Source: Escherichia phage vB_Eco_ZCEC15
DNA: 64,000 nt
Sequence record: PQ871103.1
Reading direction: 5' to 3' (one strand)
Both the position numbers and the translations under genes were made by a program. The notes under the pieces were generated by a model. That model was not told the DNA's origin and ran no database searches. It saw only the letters and a list, made by a program, of their open reading frames with translations. Shown one piece after another: positions 26,894 to 36,957 of this stretch (the stretch's first letter is position 1; the number at the start of each line of letters is the position of its first letter).

Positions 26894-27988
26894 ATGGCAA
26901 TTGTTAAAGAAATAACTGCTGATTTAATCAAAAAGTCCGGTGAGAAAATTTCAGCCGGACAGAGTACTAAATCAGAAGTAGGAACTAAAACATACACAGC
27001 CCAGTTTCCAACTGGGCGTGCTAGTGGGAATGACACTACAGGGGACTTCCAGGTAACAGATCTATATAAGAATGGATTATTATTTACTGCATACAATATG
27101 TCATCTAGGGATTCTGGAAGTCTCAGAACGATGAGATCTAACTACTCTTCTTCATCTTCTAGTATTTTACGTACAGCCAGAAACACTATCAGTAATACAG
27201 TATCAAAGCTGTCAAATGGATTAATATCAGATAATAATTCAGGAACAATAAGTAAAGTTCCTGTTGCAAATATTCTTTTACCGAGATCTAAATCCGATGT
27301 TGATACATCATCACATAGATTTAACGATGTTCAAGATAGTCTTATTACAAAAGGTGGAGGTACTGCTACTGGCGTGTTAAGCAATATGGCTTCAACTGCA
27401 GTATTTGGAGCACTGGAAAGTATAACACAAGGTATAATGGCTGATAATAATGAACAGATTTATACGACAGCCAGAAGTATGTATGGTGGTGCTGAGAATA
27501 GAACTAAAGTGTTCACTTGGGATTTGACTCCGCGTTCCACAGAAGATTTAATGGCTATTATTAATATCTATCAATATTTTAACTATTTTTCTTACGGTGA
27601 AACGGGTAAATCTCAATATGCTGCTGAAATAAAAGGATATCTAGATGAGTGGTATCGCTCTACTTTTATTGAGCCATTAACTCCAGAAGATGCAGTTAAA
27701 AATAAGACGTTATTTGAGAAAATGACATCGAGTTTAACTAACGTTCTTGTAGTTTCAAACCCGACAATTTGGATGGTTAAAAACTTTGGCGCAACTTCTA
27801 AATTTGACGGAAAAACAGAAGTGTTTGGACCGTGTCAAATTCAAAGTATTAGATTTGATAAAACTCCGAATGGTAATTTTAACGGATTAGCTATTGCTCC
27901 AAACCTCCCTAGTACATTTACTCTTGAGATTACTATGAGAGAAATTATCACGTTAAACCGTGCTTCTTTATATGCGGGGACTTTTTAA
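26894..27988 (+). CDS. 48: Baseplate tail tube cap gp48
   Basis: 364 aa; position. Confidence 0.9.
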   Translation: MAIVKEITADLIKKSGEKISAGQSTKSEVGTKTYTAQFPTGRASGNDTTGDFQVTDLYKNGLLFTAYNMSSRDSGSLRTMRSNYSSSSSSILRTARNTISNTVSKLSNGLISDNNSGTISKVPVANILLPRSKSDVDTSSHRFNDVQDSLITKGGGTATGVLSNMASTAVFGALESITQGIMADNNEQIYTTARSMYGGAENRTKVFTWDLTPRSTEDLMAIINIYQYFNYFSYGETGKSQYAAEIKGYLDEWYRSTFIEPLTPEDAVKNKTLFEKMTSSLTNVLVVSNPTIWMVKNFGATSKFDGKTEVFGPCQIQSIRFDKTPNGNFNGLAIAPNLPSTFTLEITMREIITLNRASLYAGTF

Positions 27989-28953
27989 TGTATTCTTTAG
28001 AGGAATTTAATAATCAAGCAATAAACGCAGATTTTCAACGTAATAATATGTTTAGCTGCGTTTTTGCGACAACTCCATCAACTAAAAGCTCTTCGTTGAT
28101 AAGTTCAATTAGCAACTTTTCTTATAATAATTTGGGTCTAAATTCAGACTGGTTAGGATTGTCTCAAGGCGATATTAATCAGGGAATTACCACGCTAATT
28201 ACTGCTGGCACACAAAAACTGATAAGAAAATCAGGGGTTAGTAAATATCTTATTGGTGCCATGAGTCAACGTACAGTTCAAAGTTTATTGGGCTCATTTA
28301 CAGTCGGTACATATTTAATTGACTTCTTTAACATGGCATATAACTCATCTGGGTTGATGATATATTCTGTAAAAATGCCAGAGAATAGATTATCCTATGA
28401 AACTGACTGGAACTATAATTCTCCTAATATTCGTATAACTGGGAGAGAATTAGACCCTTTGGTTATTTCATTTAGAATGGATTCAGAAGCTTGTAACTAT
28501 CGTGCAATGCAAGACTGGGTTAACGCTGTTCAAGACCCAGTAACTGGACTGCGTGCTTTGCCACAAGATGTCGAGGCAGATATTCAGGTTAATCTTCATG
28601 CTCGTAATGGATTACCTCATACTGCGGTGATGTTCACTGGATGCATTCCAGTGTCAGTGAGCGCTCCTGAGTTATCATATGATGGAGATAACCAAATAAC
28701 TACATTTGATGTTACTTTTGCATATAGAGTCATGCAGGCTGGAGCAGTTGATAGACAAGCTGCCCTTGAATGGCTTGAATCTGCTGCTATAAACGGTATT
28801 CAAAGCGTTCTCGGAAATAGTGGAGGTGTCACTGGATTATCTAATTCGCTTTCACGACTTAGTAGATTAGGGGGAACTGCTGGAAGCATTTCAAACATTA
28901 ATACTATGACGGGAATTGTCAACTCGCAAAGTAAAATATTAGGAGCAATATAA
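27988..28953 (+). CDS. 54: Baseplate tail tube initiator gp54
   Basis: 321 aa; position. Confidence 0.9.
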   Translation: MYSLEEFNNQAINADFQRNNMFSCVFATTPSTKSSSLISSISNFSYNNLGLNSDWLGLSQGDINQGITTLITAGTQKLIRKSGVSKYLIGAMSQRTVQSLLGSFTVGTYLIDFFNMAYNSSGLMIYSVKMPENRLSYETDWNYNSPNIRITGRELDPLVISFRMDSEACNYRAMQDWVNAVQDPVTGLRALPQDVEADIQVNLHARNGLPHTAVMFTGCIPVSVSAPELSYDGDNQITTFDVTFAYRVMQAGAVDRQAALEWLESAAINGIQSVLGNSGGVTGLSNSLSRLSRLGGTAGSISNINTMTGIVNSQSKILGAI

Positions 28954-28956
28954 CAA

Positions 28957-28974
28957 TGGGGACCTTTTGGTCCC
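28957..28974 (+). terminator. Terminator hairpin GGGGACCTTTTGGTCCCC plus T-rich tract
   Basis: After gp54 stop, between convergent genes. Confidence 0.65.
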
Positions 28975-28981
28975 CATATTT

Positions 28982-29272
28982 TTATTTACGGAATGAAATA
29001 AAAGCAGCAACTGAAGCAACTAAACTGTCTTCAATATAAACTTCAATTTTTACCGGAGCTTCTGACTCAAATTTACCTGTTACTACACCTTGGAAAATGC
29101 TTTCAGTCTGTTCTGGCTTTGAAAAATTTTCAGAAGGAAAAATTCCGAACTTTTTATCTGTTCCAAAAATTTTGATAAATTCATCATAAACTGCTTCATT
29201 AAAAGCGTTATCAGCAGGAATAACGCCTTCAACTACAAGTTCTTGACCTAAAAAGCGTAAAGAAGATTTCAT
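28982..29272 (-). CDS. Hypothetical protein (alt.-3-like position)
   Basis: 96-aa ORF, GAGGA RBS, directly downstream of early promoter cassette. Confidence 0.6.
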   Translation of the reverse strand: MKSSLRFLGQELVVEGVIPADNAFNEAVYDEFIKIFGTDKKFGIFPSENFSKPEQTESIFQGVVTGKFESEAPVKIEVYIEDSLVASVAAFISFRK

Positions 29273-29279
29273 TTTGTGT

Positions 29280-29333
29280 TCCTCATGTTATGTCAGTAAG
29301 ATTATTATAACACAACACGAGGGACTTGTAAAC
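29280..29333 (-). promoter_or_regulatory. Early promoter-leader cassette, copy 1 (-35 GTTTAC, 17-nt spacer, -10 TATAAT, leader to GAGGA)
   Basis: - strand GTTTACAAGTCCCTCGTGTTGTGTTATAATAATCTTACTGACATAACATGAGGA; identical 54-mer at 44848..44901. Confidence 0.7.
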
Positions 29334-31390
29334 TACATCTTGAACTTTTTAGACATTTCGTTGATGTTAACCAAAGAAGCCAAGATTTGAGAAACTTCGT
29401 TTTCCTCTTCTTTTGATTCTTCTACAAGGAATTGATTAAACCCAGCCATTGGACGAACTTCGCCAGTTTCCATTAGATGATCGCCATCATATACCGATTC
29501 TTCTAATTGTTCAGAAGGAGGAACGATTGTGCCTTCGATTAGATACTTGTTATAAGCAGTTTCTTTCATCATGTACGTGCTTACTTTATTAATCTTCAAC
29601 AAAATTCCACGCGGTAGAATAACTTCAGCTTCTGATGGAAATCCTGATAAATGACCTGGAACGATAACTTTGATTCGCTCAGCCCCTTTAATTACCATAC
29701 CTACGCTAGCTTCAGCATCTTCATTAGCATATGCAGAATGACTACCCATATGCATTAAATCTTCAGCATCAACAGAACCTTCTCCTTCACCAGAAAATAC
29801 TGCGCCGGAATCATCTAGAGCCATATAGTTTTTACCATGCTCACCGAAGATATTTGGTTTAAGCGACGTGGATACGAAGTTCTTGAAATAGAACATTTTA
29901 TTTTCAATATTATGACGTAAAGTTTTAAAAGTAACTTCTTGCCCACGATAAAGCGTAGTTCCTGGAGGAAGAACTGATCCTTTGGCGAATGCAGAATCCA
30001 GCGTCTCGATGTGTTTAATAGCTCGTTCAATGTATTCTTCACGGGTAGAATCTGGTTTACCCAAGAGGAACGAGTTCATTTCAACATATGAATCTGCACA
30101 ATAATCTTCAATTACATCAGACTCAGCCTGAGTCAGTCCTTTTGGAGTTACTTCGGTGCTTGCATATTCATACGCCTGAGCAGCAGATGCATTAATCAAT
30201 TTATAAATGCCATTCATGACAAATCGAATAATAGCTACCTTTTCGTCTGGTGTGGCTTTAGAACCTTTAACTAAATCATTGATAATTTTCTTAATAACAT
30301 CAAAGCTATTAGAAATATTAATGTCAGCGAGATCGCTCAAAATTTTATCGGTTTTATAATCAAAAAATTCTTTATTCTTTAAATATTCTTGAGAACCTTG
30401 ATGTGTTATATCGCTCTGCAGTCTGATAGACGGATCACGTAAACGTGCATGGGCCAATGCAATATCATTTCGGAAGCTTTCTAGTTCATAATCGTTAGAT
30501 TTAAAACGAGAAGCACTTCTCATACCACCGATAGCTCCTTTGCTGAAGTTTGAACCAATCTGAATAACGCCAGAGTTCATTGATCCTTCTGCTTTATATA
30601 CCGGAACTTTAGATTCAAACTCTTGATATTTCTTGGCAGCGAAGCTATCACCCTGTAGCGAAGCATCGACAGTAGAATATTGAGCTTGCGCTGCTAATCG
30701 ACGACTAATTTTAGTTTTCTGAATAACAGCTTGATCCGTGCGCTTATCATTTTCTAAAGCAACAGAAGCAGCAACAGCAACAGCTTTAGGAACAGCATTA
30801 CCTGTTTTAACATCTACATAAACATCACCAACCTTTGATTCAACTTTTGTGAATAACTCAGTTGAAATAGGAGGTACACCTGGAATGTCTTCTAAATTGG
30901 CATTTTTACGGTAAACCATAATATATGCATACTTTTTATCGTAATCCCAGATTTCCTTTAAAAGAACATATCGACCTGCTCCTTTAGTACGTACTAAACG
31001 GTCAGCAATAACTTGCATCTGACGAGCAGCGCCATTTGTTTTACTTTTTAGTACGCGGAATAGGCATGCGTCAATTTTATACTGTTTCATTGTTTGAAGA
31101 GCAGTATCAAAAACCGCATTAATGACACCAATTGGATTTCCACCCAAGTTTTTAAGTTTAACTAATGATAGTTTCTCATTAACACCTATCATTACGATAT
31201 GCATCATTTTATCGCCTGGCTTAACGTTTTTATTTGTATCACCGCCAGAGGTGTATGTACAAAATCTAAATCCAGGAAGCACGCTTTCTTCACCGGCTTG
31301 AATAGCAAAAATTTGAGGTATTTTATGCTTAGGATTTAAGTTAACAACCGGCGCCGAAGCGCCGTCAAATAATTCTGTAATAAGTTCCAT
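29333..31390 (-). CDS. Alt-like ADP-ribosyltransferase paralogue
   Basis: 685 aa; R-S-E ART motif (YRGQ, FVSTS, EAEVILPRG); N-terminus near-identical to upstream paralogue. Confidence 0.8.
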   Translation of the reverse strand: MELITELFDGASAPVVNLNPKHKIPQIFAIQAGEESVLPGFRFCTYTSGGDTNKNVKPGDKMMHIVMIGVNEKLSLVKLKNLGGNPIGVINAVFDTALQTMKQYKIDACLFRVLKSKTNGAARQMQVIADRLVRTKGAGRYVLLKEIWDYDKKYAYIMVYRKNANLEDIPGVPPISTELFTKVESKVGDVYVDVKTGNAVPKAVAVAASVALENDKRTDQAVIQKTKISRRLAAQAQYSTVDASLQGDSFAAKKYQEFESKVPVYKAEGSMNSGVIQIGSNFSKGAIGGMRSASRFKSNDYELESFRNDIALAHARLRDPSIRLQSDITHQGSQEYLKNKEFFDYKTDKILSDLADINISNSFDVIKKIINDLVKGSKATPDEKVAIIRFVMNGIYKLINASAAQAYEYASTEVTPKGLTQAESDVIEDYCADSYVEMNSFLLGKPDSTREEYIERAIKHIETLDSAFAKGSVLPPGTTLYRGQEVTFKTLRHNIENKMFYFKNFVSTSLKPNIFGEHGKNYMALDDSGAVFSGEGEGSVDAEDLMHMGSHSAYANEDAEASVGMVIKGAERIKVIVPGHLSGFPSEAEVILPRGILLKINKVSTYMMKETAYNKYLIEGTIVPPSEQLEESVYDGDHLMETGEVRPMAGFNQFLVEESKEEENEVSQILASLVNINEMSKKFKM

Positions 31391-31393
31391 GAT

Positions 31394-33490
31394 TTATCCT
31401 TGAACGAACTTGTAAGGCATGTTTGCAATATCTATGCAAGATGCAATAATTCCAAGAGATGATTCTACTTTTTGTTTAACATTTGATGAAACAAATGTTG
31501 CAAAGTCAACTCTGTCTTCTATTTCAATATCATCTGTCATTGCAACTACTTCACCAGTTTCCATTAGACTGTCACCGTCATAAATTACCGATTCGGTGAG
31601 TTCTTCTGTAGTCATAACTTCAGCTTGAATGAGTTTTGTATTATTAGATGTTGTTCCGTCATTATTAGAAGCATCAGTTATTTTATTAACTTTGACCATC
31701 AATCCGCGCGGCAGAATAACTTCAGCTTCTGTTGCTATTCCGAGACTTCCTGGATATACAACATTAACTTTATGAGCTCCATCAATTGCCCATCCTATTT
31801 GAACTTTAACGTATTCAGGATTTTCTTTATACGCTCTTATTTCATTTGGATTAATAGTTATTCCTTCTTCATTTTTATCAACTGTTAATTCATTACGAGC
31901 TTCTGGTTCTAAAAGACCAATACCAGCATGCGTAATTCCAAAACGTCCAAAAATGATAGGAGTTAAAGAAGTAGATACAAAATTTCTGAAATAGAACACT
32001 TTATTTTTAACTAGTGCTTCGTATATAGGAGCAGTCATGCTTTGAGCACGATAAACTGTAATGCCTTCTGGTATACGGTCACCATTTTCAAAGGCTGAAT
32101 CTAAATTATTTATCGCAGATTCAATTTCTTTTTCACTCATTACCTCATATCGTTCTGGATTGTAGCGACCTAAAAGAAGATTATTGATGTCAGTATATCC
32201 TGAACCACAATACTCTCTAATGCCGCGCTTTTGTGATGGAGTATATTTAGAACCATCACGAGCAATAGTAATATCAATCATTGGACCTGCACCAATTCCA
32301 GAAAAACTATAAATCATTCTTTTGAGGAATTTAGTTTTTGCTGCGTTCCAGGAATTTTTAGTTATTTCTTCCCAGACTTCATCTGTCTGTCCTTTACGAG
32401 TTTTATTATGTTTATCAAGCCAGTTATCTTTATATTCTTCAAATAATTGATTAACAACTGTTGCGTATTTCTCTAAACATTTTATTGAAGTAGTTGGTTC
32501 ATTTTTAATCGCATTAAGAATTACATCTTTAATTTTTTCAGAAACTTCATTAACCTCACTTTTTGAAAAGAATTTATAGTCATAATGAAGTTCATCTGCA
32601 GTTCCTTCAGCAATAATTTTTGCTGCCTTAGTTTTAGAAGCTAATGAATTAATTCCAAGCTTCATTTCTTCTGCTTCGGGAATTAAAGGAGCTGTAGCAG
32701 GTTTATTGAAATTAGCTGCGGTAGATTCATACTTCTGGAATAATTCACTTTCAAATCTAGAAGATTCCAATGATTGACTTTGTGCAATTGCTCTACGGGA
32801 AATTTTAACTTTAACGATTACAGCTTGGTCAGAACGTTTATCATTTTCTAGTGCAATAGATGCTGCAATTGCCTCATTTTTAGTTACTTGAGCTCCAGTA
32901 TCTTTATTGATATAAACATCACCGACTTTCGATTCAACTTTAGTAAAGAGCTCGGTACTAATTTCTGGAACTCCTGGAATGTCTTCTAATGATACATTTT
33001 TGCGATGTATAAGAATATATGCATACTTTTTATCATAATCCCAGAGTTCCTTAAGAAGGACGTATCTGCCACCTGAGCGACTACGGATAAGTCTATCAGC
33101 AATAACTTGAATTTGTCGAGCTTGACCAGCAGTTTTAGACTTAAGAATACGGAGCATACAGGCATCAATTTTATACTGACGCATTGTTTGCATTGCAACA
33201 GTAAAAACTGAATTGATATAATTAATTGGGCTTGGACCAAGACCTTTCAATTTAGCAATTGAACCTTTAGCAGTTAATGTAAAAGGAACAATATGCATCA
33301 TTTTATCGCCCATCTTTAAATCACGATTAGTATCACCTCCAGATGTATAGGTACATAAACGAAAGCCTGGTTGTTCAATTGCATCATCAACATGAACTGA
33401 AAAAATTTGTGGTATTTTCTTCTTTGGATTTAAGTTTGTAATCGGAAGAGTAGTATCTTCGTCAAATAATTCTGTAATGAGTTCCATCAT
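31394..33490 (-). CDS. alt: Alt ADP-ribosyltransferase (virion-packaged, modifies host RNA polymerase)
   Basis: 698 aa; R-S-E ART motif (YRAQ, FVSTS, EAEVILPRG); late promoter upstream. Confidence 0.8.
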   Translation of the reverse strand: MMELITELFDEDTTLPITNLNPKKKIPQIFSVHVDDAIEQPGFRLCTYTSGGDTNRDLKMGDKMMHIVPFTLTAKGSIAKLKGLGPSPINYINSVFTVAMQTMRQYKIDACMLRILKSKTAGQARQIQVIADRLIRSRSGGRYVLLKELWDYDKKYAYILIHRKNVSLEDIPGVPEISTELFTKVESKVGDVYINKDTGAQVTKNEAIAASIALENDKRSDQAVIVKVKISRRAIAQSQSLESSRFESELFQKYESTAANFNKPATAPLIPEAEEMKLGINSLASKTKAAKIIAEGTADELHYDYKFFSKSEVNEVSEKIKDVILNAIKNEPTTSIKCLEKYATVVNQLFEEYKDNWLDKHNKTRKGQTDEVWEEITKNSWNAAKTKFLKRMIYSFSGIGAGPMIDITIARDGSKYTPSQKRGIREYCGSGYTDINNLLLGRYNPERYEVMSEKEIESAINNLDSAFENGDRIPEGITVYRAQSMTAPIYEALVKNKVFYFRNFVSTSLTPIIFGRFGITHAGIGLLEPEARNELTVDKNEEGITINPNEIRAYKENPEYVKVQIGWAIDGAHKVNVVYPGSLGIATEAEVILPRGLMVKVNKITDASNNDGTTSNNTKLIQAEVMTTEELTESVIYDGDSLMETGEVVAMTDDIEIEDRVDFATFVSSNVKQKVESSLGIIASCIDIANMPYKFVQG

Positions 33491-33510
33491 ATCCTCTCTA
33501 GTGTTTATTC

Positions 33511-33518
33511 TATTTATA
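33511..33518 (-). promoter_or_regulatory. Late promoter box TATAAATA (- strand) upstream of alt
   Basis: Exact motif about 21 nt upstream of alt ATG. Confidence 0.55.
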
Positions 33519-33524
33519 AAATTA

Positions 33525-33538
33525 AAGGCCCGAAGGCC
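33525..33538 (-). terminator. Hairpin GGCCTTCGGGCC
   Basis: Between 62-aa ORF and alt late promoter. Confidence 0.5.
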
Positions 33539-33539
33539 T

Positions 33540-33728
33540 TTAATAATCTATAGGTAAGAGAGTACGATATATTTCAAACTTTGGACCTTTTTCATAAGCA
33601 TCAAAAGTTTCTGTGAATTTATTATAAGCATATGCATCTATAAATTCAATCATAATTTGTGATACAGAAGTAGAAACATCTCCACCTTCTTTTTGAGCCA
33701 CGACAATTGTTTCTAAGTAAGCTTTCAT
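33540..33728 (-). CDS. Hypothetical protein
   Basis: 62-aa ORF overlapping ligase stop. Confidence 0.45.
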   Translation of the reverse strand: MKAYLETIVVAQKEGGDVSTSVSQIMIEFIDAYAYNKFTETFDAYEKGPKFEIYRTLLPIDY

Positions 33729-35185
33729 AGACCAGTTACCTCATGAAAATCACCAAATACATCCTCGAATGTATTAGCTTTAGTTTTATCTTCACGTAAA
33801 CGAATCGCAATCGGAAGAAATAATTTAACGTAATCAGTGCGGCCATCAGATTTTAACCAACCATTGCATTCACATTCTAGAATTTTTCCAATATAATAAT
33901 TTTGATTTTCCATAATGCGAGTACGGTCAAGTTCATGCGATTTTACACCGGCTTTATCTTTTAAGCCTGAACCAGCATTTACTTTAATTTTTCCACACTC
34001 TGATTCAAGAATAAATCCACCTGCTTTAGTAGGGTCTTTACGGTGAGGATAAATTCCTACAATTTTTAAATCAACATCAATTACTTCTTTAAATTTATAA
34101 AGATTTTTTGAACGAGCATTTTCCCACAATCCATCGGTATTTTTGAGAATAATACCTTCAAGACCTTGGTCAATATATTTTTTATAAATTACCTTAGCTT
34201 CATCTAGGTTATTTACTACCTGGTTTTCAATTAAAATTACTTTATCATATCCTGACGTCATTTGTTCTAATTTAGAAAAACGTACATCATATTTTAAACG
34301 AAACGCCGGAAGACCGTATATTTCTACCAACGGGACATAATCCCAGACCTGAAACTTCATGCATTTGGCTTCTTTTTCTGAAATAGTTCCCTTTAAAGAT
34401 TTATTGGCGATTCCATTAGAAGCAGTACGTGATTCAGCTACTTCGGCAAACTCTTTAACTTTACTATTTTCAGGAGCGTCAAAAAGAAAATCTAGGCCTT
34501 CTGGCTCCTTTTCAACTTGCTCGTGGTATACCAATTCGCCATCAATTAACACACCTTCTGGATGAATCTGGCGGGCTTCTGCAGTCATTTTGATTAACTC
34601 TTCCTTAAGAAGATCTAATCCTAGATATTCATTACCAGCTCGTGATAAAAGACGAACATCATCTAATTCATCACCTCGGACTTCAGCAAAACACCGAGCT
34701 CCATCTGCTTTTAACTGTGCAAAGGCTGGAAATTTGATATTCTTACTAATGCCTTTTTCATCATAAGAACTTGCCAGCATTTGAGGTTGTTCAGGAATTA
34801 AACCTGGCCAAACTTTATTTGCAATAGATACCGAAGCACCACATTCAAGGTCTCGCATCATAACTCGACGCAAAACTTCAACATCATCCTTTTTACCATC
34901 AGTGATATATCCAGTTAATTCCTCAATTGCAGCATTTCCAGTCAATTTCCGAGTAGCTAACGTGAATTCAATGAAGTCAAGCATATCGGTAATAGTCAGC
35001 ATTCCAAAACTCTGGGTAGAAATACCAGGTTTAGGCCATTTCTTGATATAATACTGTAACCCACGAGAATAAGTCAGACGATATACTCTTTTAAGCAATT
35101 CATTATCTTTATTCTTTTCAAGAATTGCTTGCTTCTGCTTAGTTGATCCAATAGATGCTATTTCATTCAGAATTTTAAGAATCAT
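33725..35185 (-). CDS. 30: ATP-dependent DNA ligase gp30
   Basis: 486 aa; adenylation motif KADGARC (KxDG). Confidence 0.95.
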   Translation of the reverse strand: MILKILNEIASIGSTKQKQAILEKNKDNELLKRVYRLTYSRGLQYYIKKWPKPGISTQSFGMLTITDMLDFIEFTLATRKLTGNAAIEELTGYITDGKKDDVEVLRRVMMRDLECGASVSIANKVWPGLIPEQPQMLASSYDEKGISKNIKFPAFAQLKADGARCFAEVRGDELDDVRLLSRAGNEYLGLDLLKEELIKMTAEARQIHPEGVLIDGELVYHEQVEKEPEGLDFLFDAPENSKVKEFAEVAESRTASNGIANKSLKGTISEKEAKCMKFQVWDYVPLVEIYGLPAFRLKYDVRFSKLEQMTSGYDKVILIENQVVNNLDEAKVIYKKYIDQGLEGIILKNTDGLWENARSKNLYKFKEVIDVDLKIVGIYPHRKDPTKAGGFILESECGKIKVNAGSGLKDKAGVKSHELDRTRIMENQNYYIGKILECECNGWLKSDGRTDYVKLFLPIAIRLREDKTKANTFEDVFGDFHEVTGL

Positions 35186-35451
35186 TGCTCATCCTTCAAG
35201 GTTTGGTTTACAGCTCTATTATAAATCAATTCATCATTAAGCTCAGGCAAAGACCTATGATATGTAGTTCTAACTTTATTTCCTTGCATCCAGTGCTTAA
35301 CGTAAATGAAACCTTGCTCTACACATTTTTTAAAAATTCGTTCGTCTTTTTGAGCTCGGAATTCTGGATTGCATCTAAAAAATTGATTTACGTGACCGTA
35401 ATCACGTGTAGTATTACCTTCATTTTCATAAATAGTGTGAACGACAAACAT
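35182..35451 (-). CDS. Hypothetical protein (30.1-like)
   Basis: 89-aa ORF in ligase operon. Confidence 0.55.
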   Translation of the reverse strand: MFVVHTIYENEGNTTRDYGHVNQFFRCNPEFRAQKDERIFKKCVEQGFIYVKHWMQGNKVRTTYHRSLPELNDELIYNRAVNQTLKDEQ

Positions 35452-36290
35452 TAGAATGCTCCTTGGAAAATATTATCACCGCTAGTAGGTCTATTATACA
35501 AATACTCTATGCCACCAGGTTTAATATAGTTCCATGTCTGAAATGGATGTGTCTGATATGGATGATATAGATGATTATAAGGATTAAATCCAGGCGTTCT
35601 CCAGGTAGTGTTCCAAGGAAAAGAATCGTTTTTAACCATCTTCTCAATTAAATCTTTTATAGCTTTTTCACTATCAAAACTTTCTTTATTTTCCTTCGGC
35701 GAAAAAAGCTTATTTTCTACATCATTCCATGTATAAACTCGCTGAGCAGTTTTTGGAATATTGTCACGCTCTCCTCGAGCCATCCAATAAACAGGAACAT
35801 TTAATATTTCACTCGCATGATCGCAGTGATGAGCGAGATCGTCAATATAACAAATTACGTTATATTTCTCTTTTGCCTTTTTAAACAACTCTTCTTTTGA
35901 AGAATCATGACCACACATCATTACTTCTGAGAAGGCACCAGGAAAAAGAGCATTCAAATTAAATTGACGATTCAACAGAGCGTCAATAGAATCACCCAAT
36001 GCTGTGACAGCTACAAAATTATAATCTTCTTTTAATTTGTTAATTACACACAGTGCATCTTTATATGGAGACAAGTAACGAATAAAATCTGATCGATTAT
36101 ATTTTTCAATTAGCTTGACACCAAGTTCTTCATCACAATTAAAGAGTTTACCTGGAGAAATAAATTTCTCATCTTGGATCATTTTTAAAATATGTTCTAA
36201 CGGAAGATTATATTTCTGAGCAAAATAAGGAAGACCTGATTGCCAGCTTAAACATACTCCATCAATATCAGTTAAAATAGTAGGCTTCAT
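35451..36290 (-). CDS. HAD-superfamily hydrolase-like protein (30.2-like)
   Basis: 279 aa; N-terminal LTDIDGV (DxDGx HAD motif I). Confidence 0.6.
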   Translation of the reverse strand: MKPTILTDIDGVCLSWQSGLPYFAQKYNLPLEHILKMIQDEKFISPGKLFNCDEELGVKLIEKYNRSDFIRYLSPYKDALCVINKLKEDYNFVAVTALGDSIDALLNRQFNLNALFPGAFSEVMMCGHDSSKEELFKKAKEKYNVICYIDDLAHHCDHASEILNVPVYWMARGERDNIPKTAQRVYTWNDVENKLFSPKENKESFDSEKAIKDLIEKMVKNDSFPWNTTWRTPGFNPYNHLYHPYQTHPFQTWNYIKPGGIEYLYNRPTSGDNIFQGAF

Positions 36291-36745
36291 AGAGAGTCTC
36301 TTAATAGGTTTAACACATCAATAAATTCAGCTTCGGTTAGTATTGTATCATCTTTTGTTAGACCACTAGCCATGCTGTGCTTCAAAACTTTTCCTTTCGA
36401 GGCTTGTAATGCATCGCGAAAGCCCTTGTTTTGGAACGCTGCTTCAAAATATGCATTTGTGTATAATTCTTTCCACGCTGGAGAGTATCTTGAAAACGGA
36501 ACTCCAAGCCAGAAGAGGGTCCCACGGTCCTGAGCTCTAGCATAAGACCTTCCAGCTTGTTGGGCGGCAAGCCCGGATAACCCAAATATACGTCTTTGCT
36601 GTTCAACATTTTTCACCTTACATCCTTGGAGGAATCCTTCGAGACCTCCAAATTGAATGTCATCCATAACGAAAGGCCATTGGGCGAAATTACTTAATGC
36701 ACATGATGGCCATTTAAAATTGCTTCTAATCTCTAACTCAGACAT
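36287..36745 (-). CDS. NADAR/YbiA (DUF1768)-like protein (30.3-like)
   Basis: 152 aa; LSNF...PF...D..F.S.E...Q..K and C-terminal segments resemble NADAR fold; by eye only. Confidence 0.5.
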   Translation of the reverse strand: MSELEIRSNFKWPSCALSNFAQWPFVMDDIQFGGLEGFLQGCKVKNVEQQRRIFGLSGLAAQQAGRSYARAQDRGTLFWLGVPFSRYSPAWKELYTNAYFEAAFQNKGFRDALQASKGKVLKHSMASGLTKDDTILTEAEFIDVLNLLRDSL

Positions 36746-36953
36746 CTTTAATACTTATAATTTCAATATCAGCCCAATGACCGTAACTTGGTAAACGGTC
36801 TTCAATAGATAATCCGCCATCATATTTAAGCATTTTAATTGTCATAATATATGGCTCTAAATGGTCTTCAGTGAGCGGAGAGACATCAGTCACACGATAA
36901 GTAACTTCGACCATTTCCGTGCCCAGTAATTTCTTGATTAATTTCTTAAACAT
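36738..36953 (-). CDS. Hypothetical protein
   Basis: 71-aa ORF. Confidence 0.5.
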   Translation of the reverse strand: MFKKLIKKLLGTEMVEVTYRVTDVSPLTEDHLEPYIMTIKMLKYDGGLSIEDRLPSYGHWADIEIISIKDV

Positions 36954-36957
36954 TTTA

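Noticed and set aside
29333-33490. Tandem alt genes as an assembly duplication artefact
   Set aside because: The two copies differ extensively in their central approximately 200 codons and in length, so they are not a collapsed or duplicated read artefact.
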